This document shows positions 11,379 through 24,448 of a stretch of DNA of 64,000 bases, in pieces. Within the stretch, counting starts at the first letter, position 1; the number at the start of each line of letters is the position of its first letter. The position numbers were made by a program, and so were the translations under genes. Source of the DNA: Octopus vulgaris (lineage: Eukaryota); the NCBI GenBank assembly GCA_951406725.2, contig OX597815.1:189720001-189784000 (forward strand), in the 5' to 3' direction. The notes under the pieces are model-generated. The model was not told the DNA's origin and did no database searches. It saw nothing but the letters and a program-made list of their open reading frames with translations.

Positions 11379-11810
11379 TATCTATCTATCTATCTCTCTA
11401 CCTATTTCTTTGTCTATCTATCTATCTATCTATCTATCCATCTATCTATCTATCCACCTTTCTTTCTTTCTTTCTTTCCTTCTTTCTTTCTCTTTCTCTC
11501 CCGTTACTGTTACAATTCAGTATTTCTCTAATGTTGCTTTCCTTTCTTCTCTTGTTTTTGAATTTCACTTTTTCTGATTCTAATTCATTTCAGAATAAAT
11601 TTTTATATCCTCTTCTTTTCTTGCACTCATTCACCAAATTCCTCTCCTTTAATTCTTTCCAGACATTTAAATCTCCCCCCCCCCCCCTCTTACTCTGTCA
11701 CTCTCTGTGGTTATAGATAAATAGATAGATAAATAGACTGATAGATATAGATATAAATATGTATATATGTGTGTGTGTGTGTGTGTGTATATATTTATAT
11801 ATTTATATAT

Positions 11811-12030
11811 TCTTTTATTTTTTATTTGTTTCAGTCATTTGACTGTGGCCATGCTGGAGCACCGCATTTAGTCGAATAAATTGACCCCTTTGTAAGCCTA
11901 GTACTTATTCTATCAGTCTCTTTACCAAACTACTAAGTTATGGGGAAGTAAGCACACTAGCATCAGTTGTCAAGCGATGGTGGGGGGACAAACACAGACA
12001 CACAAACATACACACACGCATATATACACG
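11811..12030 (-). mobile_element. SINE family A, 3' half
   Basis: Tail match. Confidence 0.85.
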
Positions 12031-12132
12031 TATATATATCAGGTCATCCCATAAGTTCTGTCTGAATTTTGAATAGCAAATATGCATGCATGCATGTATG
12101 TATGTATGTATGTATGTATGTATGTATGTATG

Positions 12133-12166
<34 letters not shown>

Positions 12167-12231
12167 TGTATGTAGTCCAGCCCATGCCAGCATGGAAAAC
12201 AGACGTTAAAGGATGATGAGAGCGACTATAT

Positions 12232-12685
12232 ATGATGATGATGATGATGATGATGATAATGATGATGATGATGATGGTAATGATGATGATGATGATGGTA
12301 ATGGTGATGATGATGATGGTGATGGTGATGATGATGATGGTGATGGTAATGGTGGTGGTGATGATGATGATGATAATGGTGATGGTGATGGTGGTGATGG
12401 TGATGGTGATGGTGATGGTGGTGGTGATGATGATGATGATGATGATGATGGTGATGGTGATGGTGGTGATGGTGATGGTGATGATGGTGATGGTGATGGT
12501 GATGGTGGTGGTGATGATGATGATAATGATGATGATGATGATGGTGATGGTGATGATGATGATGGTGATGGTGATGATGATGATGGTGATGGTAATGGTG
12601 GTGGTGATGATGATGATGATGATGGTGATGGTGATGGTGGTGATGGTGATGGTGATGATGGTGATGGTGATGGTGATGGTGGTGG

Positions 12686-12720
<35 letters not shown>
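12232..12720. repeat. Compound (GAT/GGT)n microsatellite adjoining a family C tail fragment (12176-12220)
   Basis: Pure triplet array; source of poly-D/G, poly-M/V and poly-I/T ORFs. Confidence 0.95.
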
Positions 12721-12722
<2 letters not shown>

Positions 12723-13106
12723 AACGATGATATATGCTCCCTTCACATTCAGTTTTTCAAGCGAGCATGTCATTTGTTGGCTACATGTTATTGGGGTATT
12801 CTTTTACAGTTGGATGCCCCCTTCTTGTCATGAAACCTTACCTGTTTTTCAAGTGTGAGCCTTTTTTCTGTCTCATTTATCTTCATTAAACTCTGAACTT
12901 TTAAACAATTTGTTGACAAGAAATATCAAGTTATGTCATCGTTTACTCGTCAACACTTTTCTTTCCATGGCAACTACATGTAAACATTCACACATCACAA
13001 ACATGCACACACAAATATACACCATACACACACACACATGTGTATAGTTTCAAATTTTGGTACAATGCCAGCAATTTCAGGAGAGCAGGTAAGTCAATTA
13101 CCACAT

Positions 13107-13415
13107 ATCACATGATCACATGACCGACCAGGCTATCAGATGTTGATATACATCGCTGGTCACAATGCGCTTTGCATTGTTTTAGCCTTCAAATGACACC
13201 ACCTCACTGGCTAAGCGAGCAGGCCAACAGAAGAAAGAGTGAGAGAAAGTTGTGGCGAAAGAGTACAACAGGGATCGCCACCACCCCCTGCCGGAGCCTC
13301 ATGGAGTTTTAGGTGTTTTCACTCAACAAACACACACAACACTCTATCTGTGAATCGAAACCGTGATCCTACGACCGCGAGTTCGCTGCCCTAACCACTG
13401 GGCCATTGTGCCTCC
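13107..13415 (-). mobile_element. SINE family D2 inserted into a B1 SINE
   Basis: TSD CAATTACCACAT at 13095-13106 and 13415-13426. Confidence 0.9.
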
Positions 13416-13436
13416 AATTACCACATGTTACCACAT

Positions 13437-13854
13437 TACCACATATACTCAGCTATAAGTTGCACTTTTTGTCCTTGAAATTTTCACCTAAATTTGGGGG
13501 TACAACTTATTAGCGTATCCTATAAAAAAAAATCTTCAGATATTTTCTAGGTACAAGCCATGTCTGAAGTTCCAACACTTGGAATAACCAAAGAGGATGA
13601 AATTTTACATTATAAGCAACGGTTTCTAAAATGCATGGACTTAATTGGATAACAGTTATTGTAAGTCATCTCCAGCTTCCTGAAAGCTTGGTTACCAAGC
13701 AACAACTATGTTGGTGTGATTCCTAATTGAACTTTGCTCTCCAGCATCAAAAAAGTCACTGTGTCAGGTCAATGATAAAATTCCCAATTTGAACCTTGTA
13801 AGTTGGGAGTGCATCTTATAGGCGAGGGCGTTATATAGTTGAGTATATATGGTA
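13437..13854. mobile_element. Tc1/mariner/pogo-type MITE
   Basis: TACCACATATACTCAGCTATA vs TATAGTTGAGTATATATGGTA; TA ends; subterminal ..CTTAT repeats. Confidence 0.7.
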
Positions 13855-13943
13855 CATAATACCCAGTGCTCAACCAGTGCTTATGTTACTGACCCCAGGA
13901 GGATGAAAGGAAAAGCTGACTTCAGTGGAATTTGAACTCAGTA

Positions 13944-14300
13944 GCATGTAAAAAGCACCATCCGAATATGGCTGATGCCAACGCCGCCTGACTGGCGTCC
14001 GTTTCGGTCACATGTAAATGCACCGACCGATCGTGGCCATTTGCCAGCCTCTTCTGGCCCCTGTGCTGACTGGCGTCCATGTCGGTGACATGTAAAAAGC
14101 ACCGACTGATCATGGCCGTTTGCAAGCCTCCTCTGGCCCTTGTGCCAGTGGCACGTAAAAAGTACCCACTACACTCACGGAGTGGTTGGTGTTAGGAAGG
14201 GCATCCAGCTGTAGAAACACTGCCAGATCAGCCTCCTGGCTTCCCAGACACCGGTCAAACCGTCCAACCCATGCTAGCATGGAAAGTGGATGTTAAATGA
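13944..14300 (+). mobile_element. Family C with internal ~50-70 bp tandem units, followed by (GAT)n 14297-14590
   Basis: Repeated CATGTAAAAAGCACC..CGATCGTGGCC units, then family C tail. Confidence 0.85.
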
Positions 14301-14405
14301 TGATGATGACGACGATGATAATTAAGATGATGATGATGATGAAGAAGATGATGATGATGATGAAGAAGATGATGATGATGATGAAGACGATGATGATGAT
14401 GGTGG

Positions 14406-14436
<31 letters not shown>

Positions 14437-15188
14437 GGTGGTGATGATGATGACGATGATGATGGTGGTGATGATGATGATGATGATGATAATGATGGTG
14501 GTGATCATGATGATCTCGATCCCGATGATGATGAAGATGATGACGACGCCGACGACGATGATAATGATGATGATGATGATGATGATGAATGTAAAAATTG
14601 ACAAAATGCCATTAAGCATTTTTCCTAGTGTGCTTGCTGTTCTGATATCTCACCACCACACAAACACTTACATATATGAGTGGCTGTGATTCAACTTTAC
14701 ACTACCTGATTCACTTGCAAGGCATGAGCAGCCCCATTGAAGACACTTGCTCAAAGTGTCATGCCATGGGGTTGAACCCAAAACCCTGTGATTGAAAAAC
14801 AGAGTTCTTAACCACAAAGCTGTGCCTTTGCTTTTGAATAAGAACAAGACAATGGATATATGCAATGAGACTTTTTCTTAAATTTGTTTATTTTTTACCC
14901 CTGACATAAAAACCAATGTTGTTGTATAAATCTCAAAAATTGTGAGACATGTTGGCAAAACTGATTACAGAACTAATTAATTTCAAGTAATTATGTAATT
15001 TAGAAGTGTATTTTGAAAGAATAATCATGTTTCCTGAGAAAACAACAAACTTAAGTGTAAAAATCTTGCACATACATGTCTTATAATATTTCCTAAAACG
15101 AAAATGTTTAACATATTAATAAACATAACAAACATGTGATACACCAGGTATTGTTGCTAGTGTGTGTGTTGATATAGATATATGCAGT

Positions 15189-15189
<1 letters not shown>

Positions 15190-15224
<35 letters not shown>

Positions 15225-15466
15225 TGTGTATGTGTGTGTGTACACGTGTGTGTGTGTGTGCATGTTTGTGTGTGTGTGTTTGTGTGTGTGTGTATATGTG
15301 GGTAAATATATATATATATAGAAACATATATACATATACATGTGTATATATAGATATGTATACATTTATATATATATGTATATCTATCTATACACATGCA
15401 CGTGTGCACGCACACACACACACATGTATTTATAGAGAGGGACAACAGATAGATAGACAGACAGAC

Positions 15467-15538
<72 letters not shown>

Positions 15539-15551
15539 GGATGGATGGATG

Positions 15552-15589
<38 letters not shown>

Positions 15590-15750
15590 CCAACAGATAG
15601 ATAGATAGGTAGGTAGGTAGGTAGGTAGATAGGTAGGTAGGTAGGTAGGTAGAAAGATAGGTAGATAGATAGATAGATAGATAGACAGATAGACAGACAG
15701 TTAGAGAAACACAGACAGACAAACGGACAGACGGACAGACAGAGTCAGAT
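15190..15750. repeat. (TG)n, (TA)n and (GATA/GGTA/GACA)n microsatellites
   Basis: Direct reading. Confidence 0.95.
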
Positions 15751-16212
15751 GGATTGATGCATACATTCGTGTTCAACCTTATATACACTCACATGCACCC
15801 ACATATACAAAACAAGCATGTCTGGGTGTTCATGCAGCTGTATATAGACAGATAAAAGAATATTCATATACGCTCAAAGTATCACATCCATGCACTACAC
15901 ATGTGGGTATGTATACTTCTATTTACAGAACACTGTTGGAATATCGAAGCTGCACCAAACCATACACACGGACACAGCTCAATTTCCATCTACGATTACA
16001 GATATATCTCTGGAGGAAATCTCAGCAACACGTTGACTATACTGATTGCAAAATATCTCCATGTAAATCTTCACTCTACTTCCATTTTGCAATGTTTAAT
16101 GTTCTTTTTTTCTCTGCATTCTAATTTCCTCTTCTTTGCCTTTTTTCCTTTGCACAAATTTCTGTATATATTATTTTGTTTCAATTCTTTTCTTTGCCTG
16201 ATTATGGAATGC

Positions 16213-16734
16213 GATGTTTCTGTGTGTGAGTATGTGTGTATGTGTGTGTGTGTGTACGTGTATAAATGTTTAAGTATATATAATACATGTATGCATGTCC
16301 ATGTATATATATGTGTGTATATATATGTATATATATATATATATAGTTATATATTTGTAGTTATATATATGCATTTATGTATGTTTATATCTATGTGTAT
16401 GTGTGTGTGTATAAATGTTTAAGTATATATAATACATGTGTGCATGTCTATGTATATATATGTGTCTGTATATATATATGTGTGTGTGTATTTATTGTTA
16501 TATGTGATGTTTCTGTGTGTGTGTGTGTGTGTGTACATGTATAAATGTTTAAGTATATATAATACATGTATGCATGTCTATGTATATATATGTGTGTATA
16601 TATATGTATATATATATAGTTATATATTTGTAGTTATATATATGCATATATGTATGTTTATATCTATGTGTGTGTGTATAAATGTTTATGTATATATAAT
16701 ACATGTATGCATGTCTATGTATATATATATATGT

Positions 16735-16782
<48 letters not shown>

Positions 16783-16797
16783 GTGTCTGTGTGTGTG

Positions 16798-16828
<31 letters not shown>

Positions 16829-17160
16829 ATTTATTGTTATATACTTGTAGTTATGTATATGCATATATGTATGTTTATATCTATGTGTATGTGTGTATCT
16901 GAGTATGTGTGAGTGCATATAGATGTTCATGTATATATAATACATGTGTGCATGTGTATGTATACATATGTATGTTTATATATATATGTATATATATAGT
17001 TATATACTTGTAGTTATGTATATGCATATATGTTTATATCTATGTGTGTGTGCACGTGTATGCGTATCAATCTACCTATCTAGCTGTTTCCCCCTCTCAC
17101 TCACATACACACACTCTCTCCCTCTCTTTATACACACACACACACACATGTATACATAAA
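16213..17160. repeat. TA/TG low-complexity tract with a ~293-bp higher-order duplication
   Basis: GATGTTTCTGTGTGTG...TATAAATGTTTAAGTATATATAATACATG starts at 16213 and 16506. Confidence 0.85.
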
Positions 17161-17304
17161 ATTAATATAAACAGCAGTTTGCAATGTTTCACCAGAAAGT
17201 AGAACTATAATTGCCACTAACTGTAACTTGTGTATTATGAATTACCTACATTGCTAGAAATAAGTGCTAAATGACTAAACCATTAATGCATTTTTCTTCC
17301 CTTT

Positions 17305-17507
17305 TAGGCACAAGGCCTGAAATTTTGGGGGAGGGGCCCAGTTGATTAGATCTACCCCAGAATGCAACTGGTATTTAATTTATTGATCCCGAAAGGAAGA
17401 AAGGCAAAGTCGACTTTGGTGGAATTTGAACTTAGAACGTAAAGACAGATGAAATACTGCTAAGCATTTCACCCGGCGTGCTAATGTTTCTACCAGCTCA
17501 CCAACTT
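17305..17507 (-). mobile_element. SINE family B1
   Basis: Full monomer match. Confidence 0.85.
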
Positions 17508-17570
17508 TTCAAGTAATGTTTCAAGTAATATCTTAAACACAGTGTGTGTAATGTGTTTGTGTTTGTGAGT

Positions 17571-17734
17571 AGGCGCAGGAGTGGCTGTGTGGTAAGTAGC
17601 TTGATTACCAACCACATGGTTCTGGGTTCATTCCCACTGCATGGCACCTTAGGTGTCTTCTACTATAGCCTTGGGCCGACCAAAGCCTTGTGAGTGGATT
17701 TGGTAGACGGAAACTAAAAGAAGCCTGTCATATA

Positions 17735-17789
<55 letters not shown>

Positions 17790-17992
17790 ATATGTTTGTG
17801 TGTCTGTGTTTGTCCCCCAACATTGCTTGACAACCGATGCTGGTGTGTTTACGGCCCTGTAACTTAGTGGTTCGGCAAAAAGAGACCGATAGAATATGTA
17901 CTAGGCTTCCAAAGAATAAGTCCTGGGGTCGATTTGCTCCAGCATCGCTGCAGTCAAATGACTGAAACAAGTAAAAGAGTAAAAGAGTAAAG
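17571..17992 (+). mobile_element. SINE family A
   Basis: Full match. Confidence 0.9.
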
Positions 17993-18007
17993 ATATATAC
18001 ATATATA

Positions 18008-18244
18008 CACAGTTGCCCAAAAGTCACTCGGCAGTAAATCAAAATTCCATAAATGCTATCTGTCATTCCGTATTGACTCAAATGGAAAAAAATGTATCAC
18101 TCAAGAAGGACTTCAGTTTGAACAATTTCCATGATGCTTCATATGGAAAAACTTTTATCAAATTCATTTAGTTTTTAAACATGAATATAAACCTCGGAAT
18201 TAAATGGTTTTGATTTACTGTCAGGTGACTTTTGGCCAACCCAG

Positions 18245-18246
<2 letters not shown>
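18008..18246. mobile_element. Tc1/mariner-type MITE
   Basis: GTTGCCCAAAAGTCACTCGGCAGTAAATCAAAA vs TTTTGATTTACTGTCAGGTGACTTTTGGCCAAC, in TA context. Confidence 0.75.
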
Positions 18247-18277
<31 letters not shown>

Positions 18278-18686
18278 GAACATGTATGTGTCGATGCTGA
18301 AATGAAATGTATACTCTTTACTCTTTACTCTTTTACTTGTTTCAGTCATTTGACTGTGGCCATGCTGGAGCACCGCCTTTAGTCGAGCAAATCGACCCCT
18401 CCTGCACCTGTATGTATACAATTATATGTGCATTGACAGCAGCAATAGAGTCCTTTGGCCCTAATGTCCACCTGTGTAGATGTTCTAACACCTTCAGTCA
18501 TATTTAATGACAATTATTGTTTTCCTTTTTGGTGAAACTCTGCTAATTAGCTGCCTCAGTTAATTATTTGTATACACATTAGTGATTCGCCAAATCATCC
18601 ATAAAATTATTTTTATGGAGTTTTTATGGAGTTTTTTTTTTATGGAGCTTGGCTGTCCAGAAAGAAGTAAACTGTACCAACCTTTC

Positions 18687-18849
18687 TGAGGATTATCTAG
18701 ATTATTTACATTATTTACATTTGAAAAATATTTGTCTTCATCTTGTTTGTTGTTAACACAACTTTTCAGCTGATATACCCACCCAGCCTTCATCAGGTGT
18801 CTTGGGGGAAATTTCGAACCTGGGTTCTCATTCCTAAGGTATTTTTCGA

Positions 18850-18850
<1 letters not shown>
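18687..18850 (-). mobile_element. Family G body, inverted copy, HHR at 18755-18801
   Basis: Minus strand GACAC CTGATGA A GGCTG..CAGCT GAAA A GTT GTGTT. Confidence 0.8.
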
Positions 18851-18892
<42 letters not shown>

Positions 18893-18952
18893 ATTATTAT
18901 TGTTATTATTATTATTATCATCATCATTATTATTATTATTATTATTAATATT

Positions 18953-19024
18953 ATGCCCGTAGGCATATGGCATTAGAGTGTAGGCTACTAACCCCAAGAT
19001 CCCGAGTTCGATTCCAGGCAGTGA

Positions 19025-19077
<53 letters not shown>

Positions 19078-19240
19078 TTGAAAAATACCTTAGGAATGAG
19101 AGCCCAGGTTTGGAATTTCCCCAAGACACCTGATGAAGGCTGGAGGGTATATCAGTCGAAACGTCATGTTAACAACAAACAAGATGAGGACAAATATCCG
19201 TCAAATGTAATTAATGTAAATAATGTACATAATTCCTCAT
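18953..19240 (+). mobile_element. Family G full element: tRNA-like head + (AAT)n + hammerhead-bearing tail
   Basis: B box GTTCGATTCC at 19006-19015; HHR at 19125-19170. Confidence 0.75.
19125..19170 (+). ncRNA. Hammerhead ribozyme motif, type I minimal
   Basis: GACAC CTGATGA A GGCTG GAGGGTATAT CAGTC GAAAC GTC ATGTT; full core, GUC site, one stem I mismatch. Confidence 0.7.
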
Positions 19241-19255
19241 CTTTTATAGACCTGT

Positions 19256-19491
19256 ACCTATTTCTTTATTGCCCACAAGGGGCTAAACACAGAGAGGACA
19301 AACAAGGACAGACAAAAGGATAAAGTTGATTACATCAACCCCAGTGCGTAACTGGTGCTTAATTTATTGACCCCGAAAGGATGAAAGGCAAAGTCAACCT
19401 CGGCGGAATTTGAACTCAGAACGTAACAGCAGACGAAATATGGCTACACATTTCACCCACCATGCTAACGTTTCTGCCAACTTGCCGCCTT
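19256..19491 (-). mobile_element. SINE family B2
   Basis: TSD TTTATAGACCTGTACCT on both sides, overlapping the element 3' end. Confidence 0.9.
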
Positions 19492-19765
19492 TTATTTATA
19501 GACCTGTACCTTCTGAGGATGTTTCAGCCTAAAGCTGAAACCATATAGCAAAGGAATATCACAGTCACTAATTTCTGGCCATCTATGGTCACTGCCAGCA
19601 CATTTGTATACAGTTATACGGGTGTTGACAGCAGCAATAAAGCCCTTCATTTCTTATATCTAGCAGTGTAGGTGGTCTAACATTCTCAGTCATATCTAAT
19701 GACATTTATTGTTTTCGTTTTTGTTGAAACTCTGCTAACTAGCTGCCTCATTAAATGATATATAC

Positions 19766-19929
19766 AGGCGCATGAGTGGCTGTGTGGTAAGTAGTTTGCT
19801 TACCAATCACATGGTTCCAGGTTCATTCCCACTGCATGGCACCTTGGGCAAGTGTCTTCTACTATAGCTTCAGGCTGACCAAAGCCTTGAGAGTGGATTT
19901 GGTAGATGGAAACTGAAAGATGTCCGTCG

Positions 19930-19972
<43 letters not shown>

Positions 19973-20177
19973 TTGTGTGTCTGTGTTTGTCCCCTCAACA
20001 TCGCTTGACAACCGATGCTGGTGTGTTTATGCCCCCGTCACTTAGCTGTTCAGCCAAAAAAGAGACCGATAGAATAAGTACTAGGCTTACTACAAAGAAT
20101 AAGTCGTGGGGTCAATTTGCTCAACTAAAGGTGGTGCTCCAGCATGGCCACATTCAAATGACTGAAACAAGTAAAAG
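19766..20177 (+). mobile_element. SINE family A
   Basis: Full match. Confidence 0.9.
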
Positions 20178-21077
20178 TGTATATGTATGTGTGTGTGTGT
20201 GTGTAAGTGTGTGTGTGTGTATGTATGTCACACTTCAAAACCACACTTTTTTACTCCTTGAACCAGGACTAAAGTCAGGTTACCTACAGAAAAGAGATTT
20301 AATTCCATGCATGCAAGACACTAACAGTTTTGTTCTTTTGTTCAAACCATTACTGCCTTGAAATGAAATTCTTCATTTTTCTCACAAGCAAAAGTTACAC
20401 TGCATCTTTGACTTGAAGCTTCCATTACATTATGATTTTTACCTTATCTACAACTGAACAGGTAATTTTGAATTCTGAAGGAGCTGTCTCAAGCAAGCAC
20501 AGTATAAATTTTGACTAAGCTATAGCTCATTTTTATCAGGATTGTCAAATGAGTGCTTGTGTTTATAAAATCGATTTATGAATGACAACTCAGTTGCTCC
20601 AGTATAATTTTTACATTCATCTCCGTTGTTTATTTCCTTTTTAGCACTACATGTAGAGTAATCGCTCACCATATTGCATTTCACCTATCGCAGTTTATTA
20701 TTTAAGCTTACGTCAATATCTCTGTGGTGTTGTTTTGCATTTATAATAAAATAAAAATATACAAATTATAAAAATGATAAAATACACAGTACAGTACTGT
20801 TTCTACTTTACAGATTTTCACCTATCGTGGGGTGGGGTTGAGGGTTGGAAAGTAATACCCGTCAATGGATTGCTATAATCAATTTTGCCAAATGGGTACA
20901 AATTACCTAGAGGGCAATTCGCATAAATTCTACTGTTACATAACTTTTGTTAACCTTTTATTTACCTGTCTTTTCCATTGAGCTTTATAGCATTATAACC
21001 TCTGATACAACAACCAATCTTCTTACATACTGAATGAATAATCTTAACACAGTTTTTTTTTTATATCTTTCTATACT

Positions 21078-21297
21078 TAAGGCGGCGAGCTGGCACAAAC
21101 GTTAGCACACCGGGCAAAATGCTTAGCTGTATTTCATCTGTCTTTACTTTCTGAGATCAAATCTCACTGAGGTCAACTTTGCCTTTCATCCTTTCGGAGT
21201 CAATAAATCAAGTACCAGTTGCATACTGAGATCGATCTAATCGACTGGCACCTTCCCCAAAAATTTTGGGCCTTGTGCCTAGAGTAGAAAAGAATAT
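21078..21297 (+). mobile_element. SINE family B1
   Basis: GGCGGCGAGCTGGC head, GCCTTTCATCCTTTCGG core. Confidence 0.85.
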
Positions 21298-21989
21298 CTT
21301 TATATACTTACGCCCTATCACAAAATTTTAATCAATTAGATTCAGGAATTCTTTAGCTATATTAGTCATTACTATAAGATTAAATACTGCCTTTACCATA
21401 AAATGTTCCTTTGCTTATTCCTGTTCTTACCTGTGCATATCCAGTGTTTTTTAATTATCTAATCTTACCAGAAAACTTACAATTTCTCAGCACCTCATAA
21501 TAATGCCCAGTCCGCATTATAAAGACATTTTCATAAGAAGATATCAAAGATAACATTTTACCAATTTGTCGACCAAGCTCTCCAAGATACTAAGCAGGGG
21601 ATTTGATTGTTGGTGTATGTACACCCAATATCTCATTGGTTTCTGGTATGGTGTGAAGATCTATGTCAGTAATATCAGTGTACCCAGCAAACCATGACGT
21701 GTAAGCTGCATGCTGATTGGTCAAAACCATATTTCAAAAATTCAGTTTGTTGGAGCCTTCTAAGAGGTACAAAAAGCAGAATTCAGTTATTTTACTACAG
21801 TTGTCAAGAACTCAACTGTCAGTTAAATACATTTTGAAATCTGATGATTACTATGAATGTATGAAAATACTAATTGAACTTTAGGAACATTACAAAATAT
21901 GGTTTTAATGTTCAACACAATTCAACATTGTAAAAAAATTGTTTTAAATACAATAATGAAACAGGGGAAAGCCAGATCGTGTTGCAACA

Positions 21990-22179
21990 TTATGCCGGTG
22001 GTATGTAAAAAGCACCCACTACACTCTCAGAGTGGTTGATGTTAGGAAGGGCATCCAGCTGTAGAAATACTGCCAAATCAGACTGGAGCCTGGTGCAGCC
22101 TTCTGGCTTCCTAGACCTCAGTCGAACAGTCCAACCCATGCCAGTATGGAAAACAGATGTTAAACGATAATGATGATGA

Positions 22180-22182
<3 letters not shown>
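21990..22182 (+). mobile_element. Family C
   Basis: Tail match. Confidence 0.85.
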
Positions 22183-22220
<38 letters not shown>

Positions 22221-22223
22221 TAT

Positions 22224-22523
22224 GTGGAGGCCCAGTGGTTAGGGCAGCGGACTCGCAGTCGTAGGATTGCGGTTTCGATTCCCAGGCCGGGCGTTGTGAG
22301 TGTTTATTGAGCGAAAACACCTAAAGCTCCACTAGGCTCCAGCAGGGGGTGGTGGCGATCCCTGCTGTACTCTTTCGCCACAACTTTCTCTCACTCTTTC
22401 TTCTGTTGGCCTGCTCGCTTAGCCAGCAGGGTGGTGTCATTTGAAGGCTAAAGCAATGCGAAGCGCATTGTGACCAGCAATGTGTAGCAACATCTGATAG
22501 CCTGGTCGGTCATGGTGATCACG

Positions 22524-22528
<5 letters not shown>
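22224..22528 (+). mobile_element. SINE family D2 inside (TA)n
   Basis: tRNA-like head; ends GGTCGGTCATGGTGATCACGGTGA. Confidence 0.9.
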
Positions 22529-22558
<30 letters not shown>

Positions 22559-22779
22559 TTTAAATGATGTTCAACAAAAATGAGGTTTGATCTTCCAATT
22601 GCTTATATGCACCTCATACCATAACTCCATCCCCTCCATGGTTAACTGTTGCTTACAAATACTCTAAATTCCATGTTTCAGGTTTATTATGCTACACATA
22701 TAATAGCCAAGAAATGGAAAATTGCCAAAGTTTACTTTTGTTTGGCCATTATTATCGATAACCGAAACACCTCCCCTGT

Positions 22780-23045
22780 TGCAGAAATCTTTAACCCAGC
22801 TAACATATCTGATCTTATTGGCTTTTTACTTATAATTCTTCATTCTTATCCAAGGTCTTTCAGTGCTGTTCTGACACAACATGGTGACATATACATAGAA
22901 TCTGCAACCTTTCAAACATTTGCAAGTTGTTGTTGTATAATTTCTCTTTTAACTGCCTTCTTTGCTCTTTCAAAAACTATCTGTCACCTCTTAGATCTCT
23001 TCTTCTCTCAACAATAACTGTATTCAGTCCTCCTCTTAGCCTTGC
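22780..23045 (-). pseudogene. Decayed Tc1/mariner-like transposase N-terminal (HTH) region
   Basis: Minus strand ...AVKREIIQQQLANV*KVADSMYMSPCCVRTALKDLG*E*RIISKKP resembles the mariner/Tc1 HTH-linker pattern; several stops. Confidence 0.45.
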
Positions 23046-23442
23046 TATTCATTATTTAACCAACTCATTAATTAAAGAAATGATCAATTAGTTAGTTGGT
23101 TAGATATTTAGCCGAATGACTAACAATAAAGAAGTGATATTGAACCAGTGCATGTGTTTATCATTACTGGTGTAATGACCCTCCCAAGATGCTACAAGAT
23201 TTATTTCAACCCACAGATTCATATGAAGAATCTTGCAAATCAAATAATGTGAACTATATTATTCCTTGTTCAGTTATTAGTAGTGAAAAAAATATTAGTC
23301 ATAAAATTATTCAATTTCATTTTCCACATTCATATAATATGACTTTGCTCAAGAGTACATTCATCAATACGTTTTTTCCCATTAGTTTCCAGTCGCATGT
23401 TTATTAAATCAAAGTTACAATTAATCCAAGATGACAATTAAA

Positions 23443-23482
<40 letters not shown>

Positions 23483-23569
23483 GCAATGAAGAAAAAATTT
23501 ATTAGAAAAATTTGAAAAGGCAACAGACCAATAAAATGTTTGCATCAACCACATCTATATCTATATCCA

Positions 23570-24014
<445 letters not shown>

Positions 24015-24055
24015 ACTCTCTCTCCATATATATATATATCACTCTGTATATATAT

Positions 24056-24396
24056 GTGAAGGTGCATCGCATGGCTCAGTGGTTAGACAGTCGAGCTTAC
24101 AATCATGAGGTTGTGAGTTCAAATCCTGGACCGAACTGTGTGTTTTCTTCTTGAGCAAGACACTTTATTTCATGTTGCTCCAGTGGACTCAGCTGTAGAA
24201 ATGAATTGCAACATCACAGGTGCCAAGCTGTATCAGCCTTTGCCTTTCCTTTGGATAACATCGGTGGTGTGGAGAGGGGAAGCTGGTATGCATGGGTGAC
24301 TGCTAGTCTTCCATAAACAACCTTGCCCGGACCTGTTCCTAGGAGGGTAACTTTCTAGGTGCAATCCCATGGTCAGTCATAACCGAAGGAGGTCTC
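24056..24396 (+). mobile_element. SINE family E (tRNA head + CORE-like TTCTTGAGCAAGACACTT)
   Basis: A/B boxes TGGCTCAGTGG and GTTCAAATCC; second copy at 42217-42551. Confidence 0.85.
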
Positions 24397-24448
24397 AGCA
24401 GTACATATATGTATATACACACACACACACATATGTATATATATATAT

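Noticed and set aside
12039-12858. Long ORFs of 206-244 aa (poly-D/G, M/V, I/T)
   Set aside because: Translation of a (GAT/GGT)n microsatellite, open in several frames
19511-19545. CTGAGGA...GAAAC with a hairpin
   Set aside because: The hairpin sequesters GAAAC and there is no stem I or NUH
21835-21878. CTGATGA...GAAA in AT-rich DNA
   Set aside because: Stems of only 3 bp; expected by chance
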